A DNA stretch of 64,000 nt. Origin: Armatimonadota bacterium (GTDB lineage Bacteria > Armatimonadota > UBA5829 > DTLH01). Position 1 is the stretch's first letter. Each line of letters begins with the position of its first letter. The position numbers were made by a program, and so were the translations under genes. The stretch covers positions 64,655 through 128,654 of the forward strand of contig JBBRAE010000007.1 in NCBI GenBank assembly GCA_038207085.1, written 5' to 3'. The notes under the pieces were generated by a model. That model was not told where the DNA came from. It saw only the letters and a list, made by a program, of their open reading frames with translations, and did not search any database. Shown piece after piece: positions 37,546 to 47,363 of the stretch.

Positions 37546-38892
37546 TTACTTGCCAATGCAGAAATCGCTGAAGATTCGCTCGACGAGATCATCCGAAGCT
37601 GTATCCCCTGTGATCTCCCCAAGGCTGGCTCTAGCGGCTACAAGATCAATCGGCCAAAGGTCCATCGATGCGCTGAGTTCCACGCCCTCTATAACCCGAT
37701 GCAGGCTCTCCGCCGCCGACACAAGCGCCTGACGATGCCTGATATTGCCGACAAACACCCCTTCGGAGGGCCCACCACGAAGCGCCGCCTCGGCGATTCT
37801 ATCCTCAAGCGCCTCGATCCCCTCCCCGGTCTTGGTCGACACCCTCACCCACGCGGCGTCGATGGCCGCAGCCGCAATATCAATCTTGTTAGCGACAACA
37901 ATGGCCCCACCTCCGGCTCGCGCAAGAATCTCCCTGTCTTCGTCCGTCACCCCAGTTGAAGCGTCAAACACCACAAGCACGATCTCCGCCGCCGCCATCG
38001 CCCGCTCAGTGAGCTCCACCCCAATACGCTCAACCTCGTCCGAAGTCTCACGCAAGCCCGCCGTATCGGTCGCGACAACCGGAATACCCCGAATGTTAAC
38101 GGTCTCTTCGATGGTATCGCGCGTAGTCCCCGGGACCGGTGTAACGATCGCCCGAGCCTCGCGAAGAAGCGCGTTCAGCAGGCTAGACTTGCCGACGTTC
38201 GGTCTGCCCACGATCGCAAGGCTTATCCCCTCCCGGTATACTCTGCCCCGCTCGCTCGACTCAATCAGCCGCTCGATCTCACGGACATGCCCCCGAACTT
38301 CCGACGAAATAACCGCGTCGTCGGGCTCCTCTACGTCATCTGGAAAATCGATTGACGCCTCGATCCGCGCAAGTATCGACAAGATCCCAGTGGCAACCTC
38401 CGAAACCCTGAGCGAAAGCTCTCCCCCAAGCTGCCGAAGCGCCAGCCTCTGAGCCTGATCGGTGCGCGCCCGGATGATATCGTTCACAGCCTCGGCCTGC
38501 GCAAGGTCGATTCGCCCGTTTAGAAAAGCCCTTTTGGTAAACTCCCCCGGCCCCGCTGGAGATGCGCCAGCGGCAAACACCGCCCCAAGCACCCGACGAA
38601 GCGTCACCGACCCACCGTGGCACGATATCTCGACTACATCCTCACCAGTATAGCTCCGAGGCCCCCGAAAGACGGTCACAAGCACGTCGTCGATCACCTC
38701 GCCCGACGCCGAGTCAACAAGCTCCCCGTGGTGCGCGCTGTGCGAGACAAACCCCTCGACGCCGCCAAACACCCGTCCAGCCACCAAAAACGCCTCCGGC
38801 CCGCTAAGACGAACGACACCAATCCCCGCCGGTCCAACCGCCGTCGCAATCGCCGCTACCGTATCTGTAAGAGGTTCTCGATATTCACCCAT
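37546..38892 (-). CDS. mnmE: tRNA modification GTPase MnmE
   Basis: GEFTKRAFLNG, GRPNVGKSS, GTTRD, DTAG, FCIGK C-terminus. Confidence 0.97.
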   Translation of the reverse strand: MGEYREPLTDTVAAIATAVGPAGIGVVRLSGPEAFLVAGRVFGGVEGFVSHSAHHGELVDSASGEVIDDVLVTVFRGPRSYTGEDVVEISCHGGSVTLRRVLGAVFAAGASPAGPGEFTKRAFLNGRIDLAQAEAVNDIIRARTDQAQRLALRQLGGELSLRVSEVATGILSILARIEASIDFPDDVEEPDDAVISSEVRGHVREIERLIESSERGRVYREGISLAIVGRPNVGKSSLLNALLREARAIVTPVPGTTRDTIEETVNIRGIPVVATDTAGLRETSDEVERIGVELTERAMAAAEIVLVVFDASTGVTDEDREILARAGGGAIVVANKIDIAAAAIDAAWVRVSTKTGEGIEALEDRIAEAALRGGPSEGVFVGNIRHRQALVSAAESLHRVIEGVELSASMDLWPIDLVAARASLGEITGDTASDDLVERIFSDFCIGK

Positions 38893-38958
38893 GACAATTA
38901 CCAAAGCCCGGCGGTATTACCCGCCGGGCCGATATTTCTTTATAATTATTACTCTTGC

Positions 38959-39606
38959 CTATTTCCGAGGAGAAATCACCACGTGGCGCTGGTCCCCAAC
39001 GCCTTCGCTGTAGGTGACGACGCCCGGATCGTCCGCAAGCGCAACGTGGATGATCCTGCGGTCTCTTGCCGACTGCGGATCAAGCACAGCCTCTTCGTTG
39101 TGCTCCTTAACCGCCGCCGCAAGGTCCGTAGCCATAGTCTCAAGGGTCTTCTGATGCCTGTCGCGGTAGCCTTCGGCGTCGAGCACGATTCGCACCCTTC
39201 GCGGGTCGACCCTGTTGATCGCAACCGCCATAAGATACTGCAGCGCATCGATCGTCTGTCCGTGCCGTCCAATCAGCCGTCCAAGGTCTTCGGACGCCCC
39301 CTGAATATCGATCGAAATCTCGTCGTCGGTCTCAGAAACGATCACCGGACGAGCATCGAACTCCATCGCGTCGAGAATCTTGGTCAGAAGCTCTGAGATA
39401 TACGTGCCGTTCTCACTTTTGGCTTCAGCATCTCCACCGGCGATAGTCGCCTTGATTTTGACTTCGCTCTGTCCCAGTCCAAAGAGGCCTTTTGAGCCTT
39501 CGTCGATCACTTCGGACTGCACCTGCTCCACAGACACTCCAAGCTGCTCCGCCGCAGCCTCAATGGCCTCTTCGACAGTCTTACCAGTTGTTTCAATCCA
39601 GTTCAT
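38959..39606 (-). CDS. jag: RNA-binding protein Jag/EloR (Jag_N, KH, R3H)
   Basis: GKTVEEAI, LIGRHGQTIDALQ, RRIIH. Confidence 0.95.
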   Translation of the reverse strand: MNWIETTGKTVEEAIEAAAEQLGVSVEQVQSEVIDEGSKGLFGLGQSEVKIKATIAGGDAEAKSENGTYISELLTKILDAMEFDARPVIVSETDDEISIDIQGASEDLGRLIGRHGQTIDALQYLMAVAINRVDPRRVRIVLDAEGYRDRHQKTLETMATDLAAAVKEHNEEAVLDPQSARDRRIIHVALADDPGVVTYSEGVGDQRHVVISPRK

Positions 39607-39645
39607 GAGGATGGTCCTCCAATTAACTCTGATATCGCCCGGTGA

Positions 39646-40986
39646 CTACCGGCGGCGTCTGCGCCTGCGGGCTACCCGCTGTCCCGTCGTCGAGTCTGCA
39701 GCAACCGGAGCAGCCGCTTGCTCGGCAGTTGGCCCGCCGTGGATGATATGATACTGCTGCCAAGTGGTCAGCACGTTAAATATGAACCAATAGAACACGA
39801 ACGCCGACGGGAACCCTCCGATGATAAAGAAGAACATCACCGGCATCATAATCGACATCATCTTCTGCTGTTCGGCCTGCGTCGGGTCAACAATGGAAAT
39901 CCGCTGTGACACGATCATACTCGCCGTATAAAGAAGCAGCAGGATCAGGTCCGGCTCGGCAAGGTTCTTACCTGTCACCCAGATGGGCGACTGCACAAGC
40001 CAGGTCCAACTCCACTTGTGAACCAGCGGCTCCCAGCCAATCCAAAGGAACGTCCCTTGTGCAAAATGTATTTCATAGGACTGGATCATCGCGTAGACTG
40101 CAAGAAGCACCGGAAACTGTGCAAGAAGCGGCAGGCAGCCCATCAGCGGGTTGATGCCGTGCTCCTTGTAGAGGTCCATGGTCCTTTTGCCGATCTCGGC
40201 CTGATCCCCCTTGTGCTTCTCCTGAATCTCCTTGATCAGCGGAGAAATCTTCTGCATCTCCTTCATGCTCTTGAACTGAGCCTTGGTAAGTGGAGTAATC
40301 AGAATCTTTACTATCACCGCGACGAGCACCAGGGCAAACCAGTAGCTGAAAGCCGGTTTGGCTCCAGTGAGATTCACAAGAAAATCGATTATCTGATAAC
40401 GCAGCATGCCCCTGTTCGTGTCGTCAAGACGCGTCTCGACCCGCTGCTGATAAACGACCGCCTGCTGGACAGCTGAGGAGACCCGAGTGGCTTCTTCAGG
40501 TGTATAGACATCCACAAGCTCAGTCTTTGACCGAGGGAACTCCTGGGCGATCTGCTTAAACGTCTCCCGTGCGCTTTTGTCGTTTTGAACAGAAACCTTC
40601 TTGGACGACAAACCGAACCAGGCAGACTCCACTTTGGTATTGGAAAACTGCTTTTTGAAAGGCTGATCGGTTGTCGTGCCGATCGGCATCCCCGCGAGAA
40701 TCTTTGCCTTGGCAAGCTTCGCTTCAGCTACTTCAACACTTGGGAATGCGCCCCTGCCGGAGGGTTTCCCCTCTTTTATAGCCTCATCATAGCGCTTGAT
40801 AGCGCTCTTGAACTTCTCAGCCTGTTCCACATTGTTATTGGACTTCTGGGCTTCGATAGCGACCTTATTACCGTCCTCAAGCGCTCTAGCAGCCTTTGGG
40901 ATGCCGGCGAAGACGATACTGGGGATGATAAATATCGCAAATATTGCGACCGCCAGTGCGGCGAATGAAGATTTGGATAGTCTCAT
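39646..40986 (-). CDS. yidC: Membrane protein insertase YidC
   Basis: SMKEMQKISP, LYKEHGINPLMGCLP, FYW; position in the rnpA-yidD cluster. Confidence 0.92.
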   Translation of the reverse strand: MRLSKSSFAALAVAIFAIFIIPSIVFAGIPKAARALEDGNKVAIEAQKSNNNVEQAEKFKSAIKRYDEAIKEGKPSGRGAFPSVEVAEAKLAKAKILAGMPIGTTTDQPFKKQFSNTKVESAWFGLSSKKVSVQNDKSARETFKQIAQEFPRSKTELVDVYTPEEATRVSSAVQQAVVYQQRVETRLDDTNRGMLRYQIIDFLVNLTGAKPAFSYWFALVLVAVIVKILITPLTKAQFKSMKEMQKISPLIKEIQEKHKGDQAEIGKRTMDLYKEHGINPLMGCLPLLAQFPVLLAVYAMIQSYEIHFAQGTFLWIGWEPLVHKWSWTWLVQSPIWVTGKNLAEPDLILLLLYTASMIVSQRISIVDPTQAEQQKMMSIMMPVMFFFIIGGFPSAFVFYWFIFNVLTTWQQYHIIHGGPTAEQAAAPVAADSTTGQRVARRRRRRR

Positions 40987-40989
40987 AGG

Positions 40990-41202
40990 TTACCGAACGG
41001 GATCCTCTCCACCGGGCGCCCAAGGATGACATCGCGCGATGCGCGCAAGCCCCATCCACGTCCCCTTAAGTGGTCCGTATTTCTCGATGGCCTGAGCGGT
41101 GTACTCCGAGCAAGTTGGGATGTATCTGCAAGTCCTCGGCCAAAAACGCTTCGAAGCCTGCTGATACACCTGCCTGATAATAAACACCATCACGCGACGC
41201 AT
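40990..41202 (-). CDS. yidD: Membrane protein insertion efficiency factor YidD
   Basis: [10 protein letters not shown]...[16 protein letters not shown]. Confidence 0.95.
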   Translation of the reverse strand: MRRVMVFIIRQVYQQASKRFWPRTCRYIPTCSEYTAQAIEKYGPLKGTWMGLARIARCHPWAPGGEDPVR

Positions 41203-41564
41203 CAGTTATCACACTCTCTTTGAACTCGGATCGCTCCGGCTCGCATGAGAAGTTTCTGCACATCCCGAAAAACGTCGGCAAAAGACCTGCCCGCTACGGC
41301 ACGCCTTGCGACCACGACAATATCGGCGCTACCGGTAATGTGTGGAAGCAGCGCCCGCGCGGCTTCTCTCATCAGCCTCTTGGCACGATTTCTGTATACG
41401 GCTCCCCCGACTTTTTTTCCGGCAGTAAACCCAACTCGTAATCGGGTACCACCAGGCCTGGGTAGTACGTACACAACAACGAGGTCCGTCGCAAACGACC
41501 TTCCTCGTCCATATACAGCCTTAAAGCATCTGTTATCTTTGAGCCGCGCGTGCGCAGGCAGCAT
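41202..41564 (-). CDS. rnpA: RNase P protein component
   Basis: [23 protein letters not shown] (RNR motif). Confidence 0.95.
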   Translation of the reverse strand: MLPAHARLKDNRCFKAVYGRGRSFATDLVVVYVLPRPGGTRLRVGFTAGKKVGGAVYRNRAKRLMREAARALLPHITGSADIVVVARRAVAGRSFADVFRDVQKLLMRAGAIRVQRECDN

Positions 41565-41588
41565 TTCGCCGTAATCCTTAGGCGGTGC

Positions 41589-41723
41589 TTAGACCGTGAG
41601 CTTCCAGCGGCCCTTTTCTCGACGGGAAGCCACAACCTTGCGACCACCCTTGGTGGACATCCGGCTCATGAACCCGTGGACACGCTTTCGCCTTCTAACT
41701 TTGGGTTGAAAAGTTTGTTTCAT
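41589..41723 (-). CDS. rpmH: 50S ribosomal protein L34
   Basis: [44 protein letters not shown]. Confidence 0.97.
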   Translation of the reverse strand: MKQTFQPKVRRRKRVHGFMSRMSTKGGRKVVASRREKGRWKLTV

Positions 41724-41840
41724 ACTACTCCAAAACCCCCTTAACCAGCAGATTATACCACAACCAAACCGGGTGTTACAATACCGATACAGCACAAAAT
41801 TGCAGAGATGTTGAATTATAACAATTATCTCAACACGATC

Positions 41841-41864
41841 GTGCCGAGTCTCTCGACTCGGCAC
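41841..41864. terminator. Hairpin downstream of herA
   Basis: GTGCCGAGTC-TCTC-GACTCGGCAC, perfect 10-bp stem. Confidence 0.45.
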
Positions 41865-41902
41865 GCACATCTCAAGGGTCTACAGACCCGCCGACATTGC
41901 AC

Positions 41903-43879
41903 CTAATAAGCAAACGGATCATCCGTATCCGGCACAGGAATAACATCAAGCGACGGTCTGCTAGACGGCCCCTGCGCCACATTCGCTTTCTTGCGAATAC
42001 ACCTTCTAAAGAACGCCGCCGGGTCGGTCGGTCGGTTCTGCACGGTCTGATTAAGCGCCCGAATAATCTCATCCTCGTCGCCCCCGACCGAGCTTATCAC
42101 GTCCCGCACCATAACACGCGTAAGCGTATCATCCAGGCGCGACAGATGCATATACACTGCCTCATCAAGCGGCAGATCCGGCTGCGGAGGGAACATTTTG
42201 ACCCCATCCGGCCCACGAAGCACGTTCGGCCGCGGGAACTTTACAAATATCGGCTGCGAGAAGTGCGGATGACGAAGCATAAGCTGCCCCTTGGAAAGCG
42301 TCGCAAGCTTCTCCTTGGTCGCCGCCGTCAGCACCTGATACCCCGGTGTCGAGAGCTCGTCCATGTCCATTCGTCCGTAGATACATGTCGCGCTGTTCCC
42401 GACGACGCGCTTGTGCACCTGGCTCCTGAACTGCTGCGCAGAGAAGAGCACGAGCCCGAGATACCGCCCTCGCTCGGAGATATCAAGCAATGTCTGCTTC
42501 AGATAGGTGTCCTGCCCGTCCGACGGCGCGTACTTGTTCAACTCGTCAACGACCACCACCACATGCTCCACCCCAAGCGTCTTCTTCTCAAGCATCTCAC
42601 GAAGCTGGCTGACGACGCGTGTAAACACAAGGTCCTGCGCCTGCGGGTCGACGTTCGCGACATCGACTACATAGACCGTTCTGTCGCGAAACTCCCCCCA
42701 GGGCAGGTCACAAGTCGTCTCATCGGGACTTATCAGCCCACGGTAGCGCGTTACGAGGTTACTCAGACGATTGTAGACTTTTCGAATCGTCGCATAGTGG
42801 TGAGTCTTCCACTCCTGAAGCCCGCGCTCTTCCATCTCTTTTAATACACTGTCGAACCACTCATTAAGCTCCGTGAAGTTGCGCACAGTGAGCTTCTTGT
42901 GCCCGACCTCAATCGTCTGGTCGACCACGCGCTGATTAATGTACTGAATCAGCGCGTCCGCCTTCGCATCCACATCATCACGATTGAGCACCACCTCGGT
43001 ATACTTCATAATCTCTTTCAAGCCCCATGATAGCGGCTGAACGTTCTTTGACAGGTGCTCATTGGTCCTAAGCGTGTTTAAGTTTACCCGGTCAGACTTA
43101 TACGGCGCGAAGTATTCGACCTTCTCAAAGGCCGTCATCGGGATATTCATGCGCTCGTACATCTCTCGGTCACGGTCCGGGAGCGGCTGCATGTTGAACT
43201 CCGAGTAAAGCCCGGCGCGCGGGTCATCTTCCCCTACCCCAGCGGGCAGGTCAAGAAAGAGCATATCCGGCCCTTTGACGTTGAAGCAGACGACCGCGAT
43301 ATCTTTCTTGAAGTGCGCGAAGATGCTCGTAAGCACAAACTCAATGGAGCTCGTCTTGGTCGCAAGTCCAGACACACCCGTAAGGTTCATGTGCGCCGCC
43401 TCGGGACCTAGCAGAAAGTCCGCATCAAGAAAAACGGGCGAAAGCTGTTCACCGTTCTGATAGAGCCCGACCGGGATTCCCGAAGTCTCCTGAAAAGTCT
43501 CCATCCGAAGGGCGCGGCTGACCGCTTCGTCGTCGGCAAGAAACACCGGCCCAACTGGCACAGGCTGGAGCGGTTCTTCAGGCTCTACACGAAGCACCGC
43601 CGCCGAATAGCACCTGATCTCAGGACGAAGCGTCGCAGGCTCGGTCGCGGGGTCGCCCTCGGCTGCGATATAGTCGTGCAGCGCCGAAGCGAGGTCCGTA
43701 TAGCCGAAACCCTCGACGACCACGCCGTAGATGTCTTTATCGGCCACCCGCACGTGCACAAGCGTGCCGATGCCGACCGGCGAGTCCATCGGCGTCCAGA
43801 AGTTAAAACTGTACGCCGTGTTCGGCTTGTTTTCGGTCGCTATGACTTTTCCGACCTGAATAGGTTCGCTCAACTCCAT
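41903..43879 (-). CDS. herA: HerA-like (FtsK/HerA superfamily) ATPase
   Basis: HAS-barrel-like N-terminus, variant Walker A GVSGLATKTS, Walker B VVVVDE, RGRYLG...AQQ. Confidence 0.85.
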   Translation of the reverse strand: MELSEPIQVGKVIATENKPNTAYSFNFWTPMDSPVGIGTLVHVRVADKDIYGVVVEGFGYTDLASALHDYIAAEGDPATEPATLRPEIRCYSAAVLRVEPEEPLQPVPVGPVFLADDEAVSRALRMETFQETSGIPVGLYQNGEQLSPVFLDADFLLGPEAAHMNLTGVSGLATKTSSIEFVLTSIFAHFKKDIAVVCFNVKGPDMLFLDLPAGVGEDDPRAGLYSEFNMQPLPDRDREMYERMNIPMTAFEKVEYFAPYKSDRVNLNTLRTNEHLSKNVQPLSWGLKEIMKYTEVVLNRDDVDAKADALIQYINQRVVDQTIEVGHKKLTVRNFTELNEWFDSVLKEMEERGLQEWKTHHYATIRKVYNRLSNLVTRYRGLISPDETTCDLPWGEFRDRTVYVVDVANVDPQAQDLVFTRVVSQLREMLEKKTLGVEHVVVVVDELNKYAPSDGQDTYLKQTLLDISERGRYLGLVLFSAQQFRSQVHKRVVGNSATCIYGRMDMDELSTPGYQVLTAATKEKLATLSKGQLMLRHPHFSQPIFVKFPRPNVLRGPDGVKMFPPQPDLPLDEAVYMHLSRLDDTLTRVMVRDVISSVGGDEDEIIRALNQTVQNRPTDPAAFFRRCIRKKANVAQGPSSRPSLDVIPVPDTDDPFAY

Positions 43880-43903
43880 CCTCCGATGTCCACTAGTCTC
43901 AAA

Positions 43904-44938
43904 TTACCACCCCGAAAGCTCTCTGAATGCAGGCCAGCCAAGCTCTGGATAGAACTGGTGCCCCTCGTCGCCCATCACAAGCCTGCACTTATCGGGCGCT
44001 CCCGCAGCCCCGTAGATGTTCTCGATCACGGCAAAAGTCTTGCGGGTAGCATCTTCTGGAAAGATGCCGTCTTTCTTCCCCGCAACAATCACCATCGGCC
44101 TCGGCGCGATCAGGACCGAGAGGTCTTCCATCTCAAAATAGCGCAGTATGCCTGGAATATAGTTGCAAAAGCAGTGATCGTAGGGCCATATCGACTCATC
44201 AAATCGCGCAATGCTGCACGAGGGCATCGCGACCTTGACTCTCGGCTCAACGCACGCCGCGTAGTAGGTCACCGTCCCGCCACCGGAGTTCCCCATAAGC
44301 CCGATCTTCTCAGAATCGATCTCTGCAAAGCCTTCGAGCACGTCAATCGCCCGGCTGACGTCCCACACGCGCTCGCCGATCATAGTCCGGCCCAGCATCA
44401 GCGCAAGCGACGAAGCGTGCGCGCAGAGCTGCTCAGGGTCGTGAATCTCTTTTGGACGCCCGTCCTTACGCTCACCGAAGCACCTCTGCTCCATCACAAG
44501 CGCGGCATACCCTTCGGCCACAGCTTGAAGCGCAAAGTCGCGCCCACCTTCGAGAAAATAGCGCTCGTCCTCGGTTTTCACCCGTCCAAGGGAAAGATGC
44601 ATCCCCGGAGAATGCCCTTGCAGACAGATCACAACAGGAAACGGCCCGTCTCCCACCTTTGGAACGAGCAGATGGCACGGCACATCCGCCCTCGGCTCCG
44701 ACGCAAATACTAATCGAATCTCACGAAAAGTCTTGTGATCCGTCTCCGACTCAATCCTCACATTCGGCTCGACCTTCTCAGGCATAACCCCAAGAAGCTC
44801 CCGAAGCTTCGCCCCTGCTTCCGCACGCCAAGTGTCAAAATCCCTCGAAGGGTCAAACGCAAGCAGTCGCTCAGAGTTCGCGAGCATATAGTCGTGACAA
44901 GTCTCAGGAAATAACTCTTTCGATCTCTCGGTAATCAT
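43904..44938 (-). CDS. Alpha/beta hydrolase (acetylxylan esterase/dienelactone hydrolase-like)
   Basis: GNSGGG nucleophile elbow, LIAPRP, C-terminal GH. Confidence 0.85.
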   Translation of the reverse strand: MITERSKELFPETCHDYMLANSERLLAFDPSRDFDTWRAEAGAKLRELLGVMPEKVEPNVRIESETDHKTFREIRLVFASEPRADVPCHLLVPKVGDGPFPVVICLQGHSPGMHLSLGRVKTEDERYFLEGGRDFALQAVAEGYAALVMEQRCFGERKDGRPKEIHDPEQLCAHASSLALMLGRTMIGERVWDVSRAIDVLEGFAEIDSEKIGLMGNSGGGTVTYYAACVEPRVKVAMPSCSIARFDESIWPYDHCFCNYIPGILRYFEMEDLSVLIAPRPMVIVAGKKDGIFPEDATRKTFAVIENIYGAAGAPDKCRLVMGDEGHQFYPELGWPAFRELSGW

Positions 44939-44993
44939 GACTCTTGAATCTCCGTGTAGTGGCCAGTCGCCGCGCCGGCCTTTTGTGCTGAAC

Positions 44994-46010
44994 TCATCCA
45001 ATCCCCGCAAGCGCCGACTCGATCATCACCCGACTCGGCGCAATGCTCTTCAAATATTGCTCGCAGTCGCGAATGGGGTAGATCATCCTGTCCCACCGCC
45101 CGTCCGGCAGCGCAAGCGGGGCGCGCTCACCGAGGAGCCACTGCGAAATCTCGTCAGCCATCTCGACCATCTCAGGCCTGGCTGCAGCCTCAACTCTGAT
45201 AAGCCCAAAATATACATCGCGCCCGGCGTTTGGGTGCAGCCTGAGATACCAGCTGTAGACCGGCGACCACTCCCTGCCCTTGGGCTCAAACACGCTCGAG
45301 CGCTCACCGACCTTGAGCGAAAGCACTTTCATCTGGTCCATTGTCTCAAAATACTGCGTCTGGTGGCTCTTCACGACCCCGACGATCCGTGGGTGCTCTC
45401 GGGTCTTGACGCTCCCCGTGATCGAGCCGTCCCAAAGCATCCACTCATCAGGAGAACACCGCTCGGTCCAAGTCTCCGCAAGCTGATACTCAAGCTTCGC
45501 CCGGTCATTGCTGATCGCCTGCTGGGCGGCGAGCTTGATCTGCGCCGGGTGTGCCGAAGCCGGGTCGAGCTTGCCCTTCGCCCACTCATCGACATCCCTG
45601 ATATCGATCCCTGAGCTTCTCATCCCCTCGCAGCTGGCGTGGGTTGTGGGATAGTATAGGTTTTCGCGTGATTCTTTGATAAACGTACACATCAGCCGGT
45701 CATCGCCCCGGCGGCGAATCACCGCGCCGATAAACCCATACACAAGAGGAAGCATTGAGAAGTAACACGGCACATGAGTCCGCTGGGTCCCATCGAGGAA
45801 GTAACAGAAGCGGGGCTTCACAGGCGCTCCGACCGAACTCGTGCGCATCGTCCCGTCGCCTTCGACCACCCGTGCGCTGCTTACGGTCGGCTCGGCCTGA
45901 GAAAGAGACGCCGAATCATCATCCCCGTACGGCCCCTGCTGGCGCACGACGTGGAACATCCCGGCCTCGGGCTGGCTTTTCAGATATTCGGCAAACTTCT
46001 TGAGCAGCAC
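44994..46010 (-). CDS. nurA: NurA-like nuclease
   Basis: FLDGTQR, LWDGSI, VGVVKSH, PIRDCEQYL; lies upstream of herA. Confidence 0.7.
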   Translation of the reverse strand: MLLKKFAEYLKSQPEAGMFHVVRQQGPYGDDDSASLSQAEPTVSSARVVEGDGTMRTSSVGAPVKPRFCYFLDGTQRTHVPCYFSMLPLVYGFIGAVIRRRGDDRLMCTFIKESRENLYYPTTHASCEGMRSSGIDIRDVDEWAKGKLDPASAHPAQIKLAAQQAISNDRAKLEYQLAETWTERCSPDEWMLWDGSITGSVKTREHPRIVGVVKSHQTQYFETMDQMKVLSLKVGERSSVFEPKGREWSPVYSWYLRLHPNAGRDVYFGLIRVEAAARPEMVEMADEISQWLLGERAPLALPDGRWDRMIYPIRDCEQYLKSIAPSRVMIESALAGIG

Positions 46011-46079
46011 TTCTCGACTCCTGACAGATTGCTTGGGTTACACAATCGTACCACGAGCGGCAGTCAGTGTCAACGACTC

Positions 46080-47327
46080 TTACAGCCCAAAGAGCGGCCC
46101 AATCAGGCAGATAAGGCTGAAGATCAGCAGGCAGATAGCCATAAACCACACGGCCATATTGTAGATTGGCCCGTTGGTGTAATCCCCCATCACCCGCTTG
46201 TTGTTGATCAGCTTCAGCATAAAATACAGAATAATCGGCAGAAGCATGCCGTTTACGACCTGCGAGATGATCATCGCCCGAATCGGGTCGAAACCAGGCC
46301 AAAGAGCCACCCCCGCGCCGATCACAATCGCCGAAGTAAATATCCCGTAGAACGCCGGGGCTTCCCGCCATCGCCTGCTGATCCCGATCTCAAAGCCGAA
46401 CGCCTCGGTAAACGTGTAAGCGGTCGAGAGCGGCAGCACCGCCGCGGCAAGAAGCGATGCGGCGAACAGTCCAACAGCAAATAGCAGCGTCGCCCACTTC
46501 CCTGCAAGCGGCCTAAGCGCCTGTGCGAGCTCCCTGGCCCCACTCTCGTCTGTCCACGGTCTGTGCCCATAGTAGATAGCCGTCGCCGCCGCAATTATAA
46601 TAAAAAACGACACCAAATCCGTCAAAAACGACCCGACGAACACGTCGACCTTCTGGTAGACGTAGTCTCGAACGTTGATCCCTTTGTCCACCACCGTCGC
46701 CTGCAGGAAAAACTGCATCCAGGGGGTAATCGTCGTTCCGATGACCGCAATAATCAGATACAGATACTTGATCACCTCGTCGAGCGTAAGCGGCTTGATG
46801 TCCGGTGCGAGGCTGGGATGTGAAATGGCTTGACTGACCAGACCCCAATCGGGCTTTGCGAGGAATCCGGAGATGATGTAAGTGCCATAGAGCAGCGCAA
46901 GCGCGAGAAACACACGCTCGACTGTCTTGAAGCTGCCCCGGACAACCAGAAACCAGACGAAGACCGCGGCAAGAGGCACACTTATATAGCGGTTGATCCC
47001 AAGAAGCTCGGTGCTCGCGGTGATACCGGCAAACTCAGCGATCGTGGTCGCGATGTTAGCTATAAGAAGCACTGAAAGTGCGAAAAGCGTCCAGCGGACG
47101 CCGAAGTTCTCTCGGATAAGCTCGCCCAGGCCCTTTTGGGTGACTGCGCCCATCCGGGCGGCCATCTCCTGAACCATCGCAAGAACGAGGGTGATCACCA
47201 CGATCACCCACAGGAGTTGGAAGCCGTACTTAGCCCCCGCTATGGAGTACGTAGCGATGCCACCGGCATCGTTGTCTGCAGCAGACGTAATGATGCCAGG
47301 CCCCAGGACCACCAGGAAGGCCAGCAA
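46080..47327 (-). CDS. NRAMP-family divalent metal transporter (NRMT/Mg-type motif)
   Basis: GPGIITSAADNDAGG (not the DPGN of MntH), GTTITPWMQFF; start codon uncertain. Confidence 0.88.
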   Translation of the reverse strand: MLAFLVVLGPGIITSAADNDAGGIATYSIAGAKYGFQLLWVIVVITLVLAMVQEMAARMGAVTQKGLGELIRENFGVRWTLFALSVLLIANIATTIAEFAGITASTELLGINRYISVPLAAVFVWFLVVRGSFKTVERVFLALALLYGTYIISGFLAKPDWGLVSQAISHPSLAPDIKPLTLDEVIKYLYLIIAVIGTTITPWMQFFLQATVVDKGINVRDYVYQKVDVFVGSFLTDLVSFFIIIAAATAIYYGHRPWTDESGARELAQALRPLAGKWATLLFAVGLFAASLLAAAVLPLSTAYTFTEAFGFEIGISRRWREAPAFYGIFTSAIVIGAGVALWPGFDPIRAMIISQVVNGMLLPIILYFMLKLINNKRVMGDYTNGPIYNMAVWFMAICLLIFSLICLIGPLFGL

Positions 47328-47363
47328 ACCCTTGCGACTTATCCGCCTGATCAGACTCCTCCA

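Noticed and set aside
41724..41902. oriC next to rpmH
   Set aside because: No dnaA and no cluster of consensus DnaA boxes.
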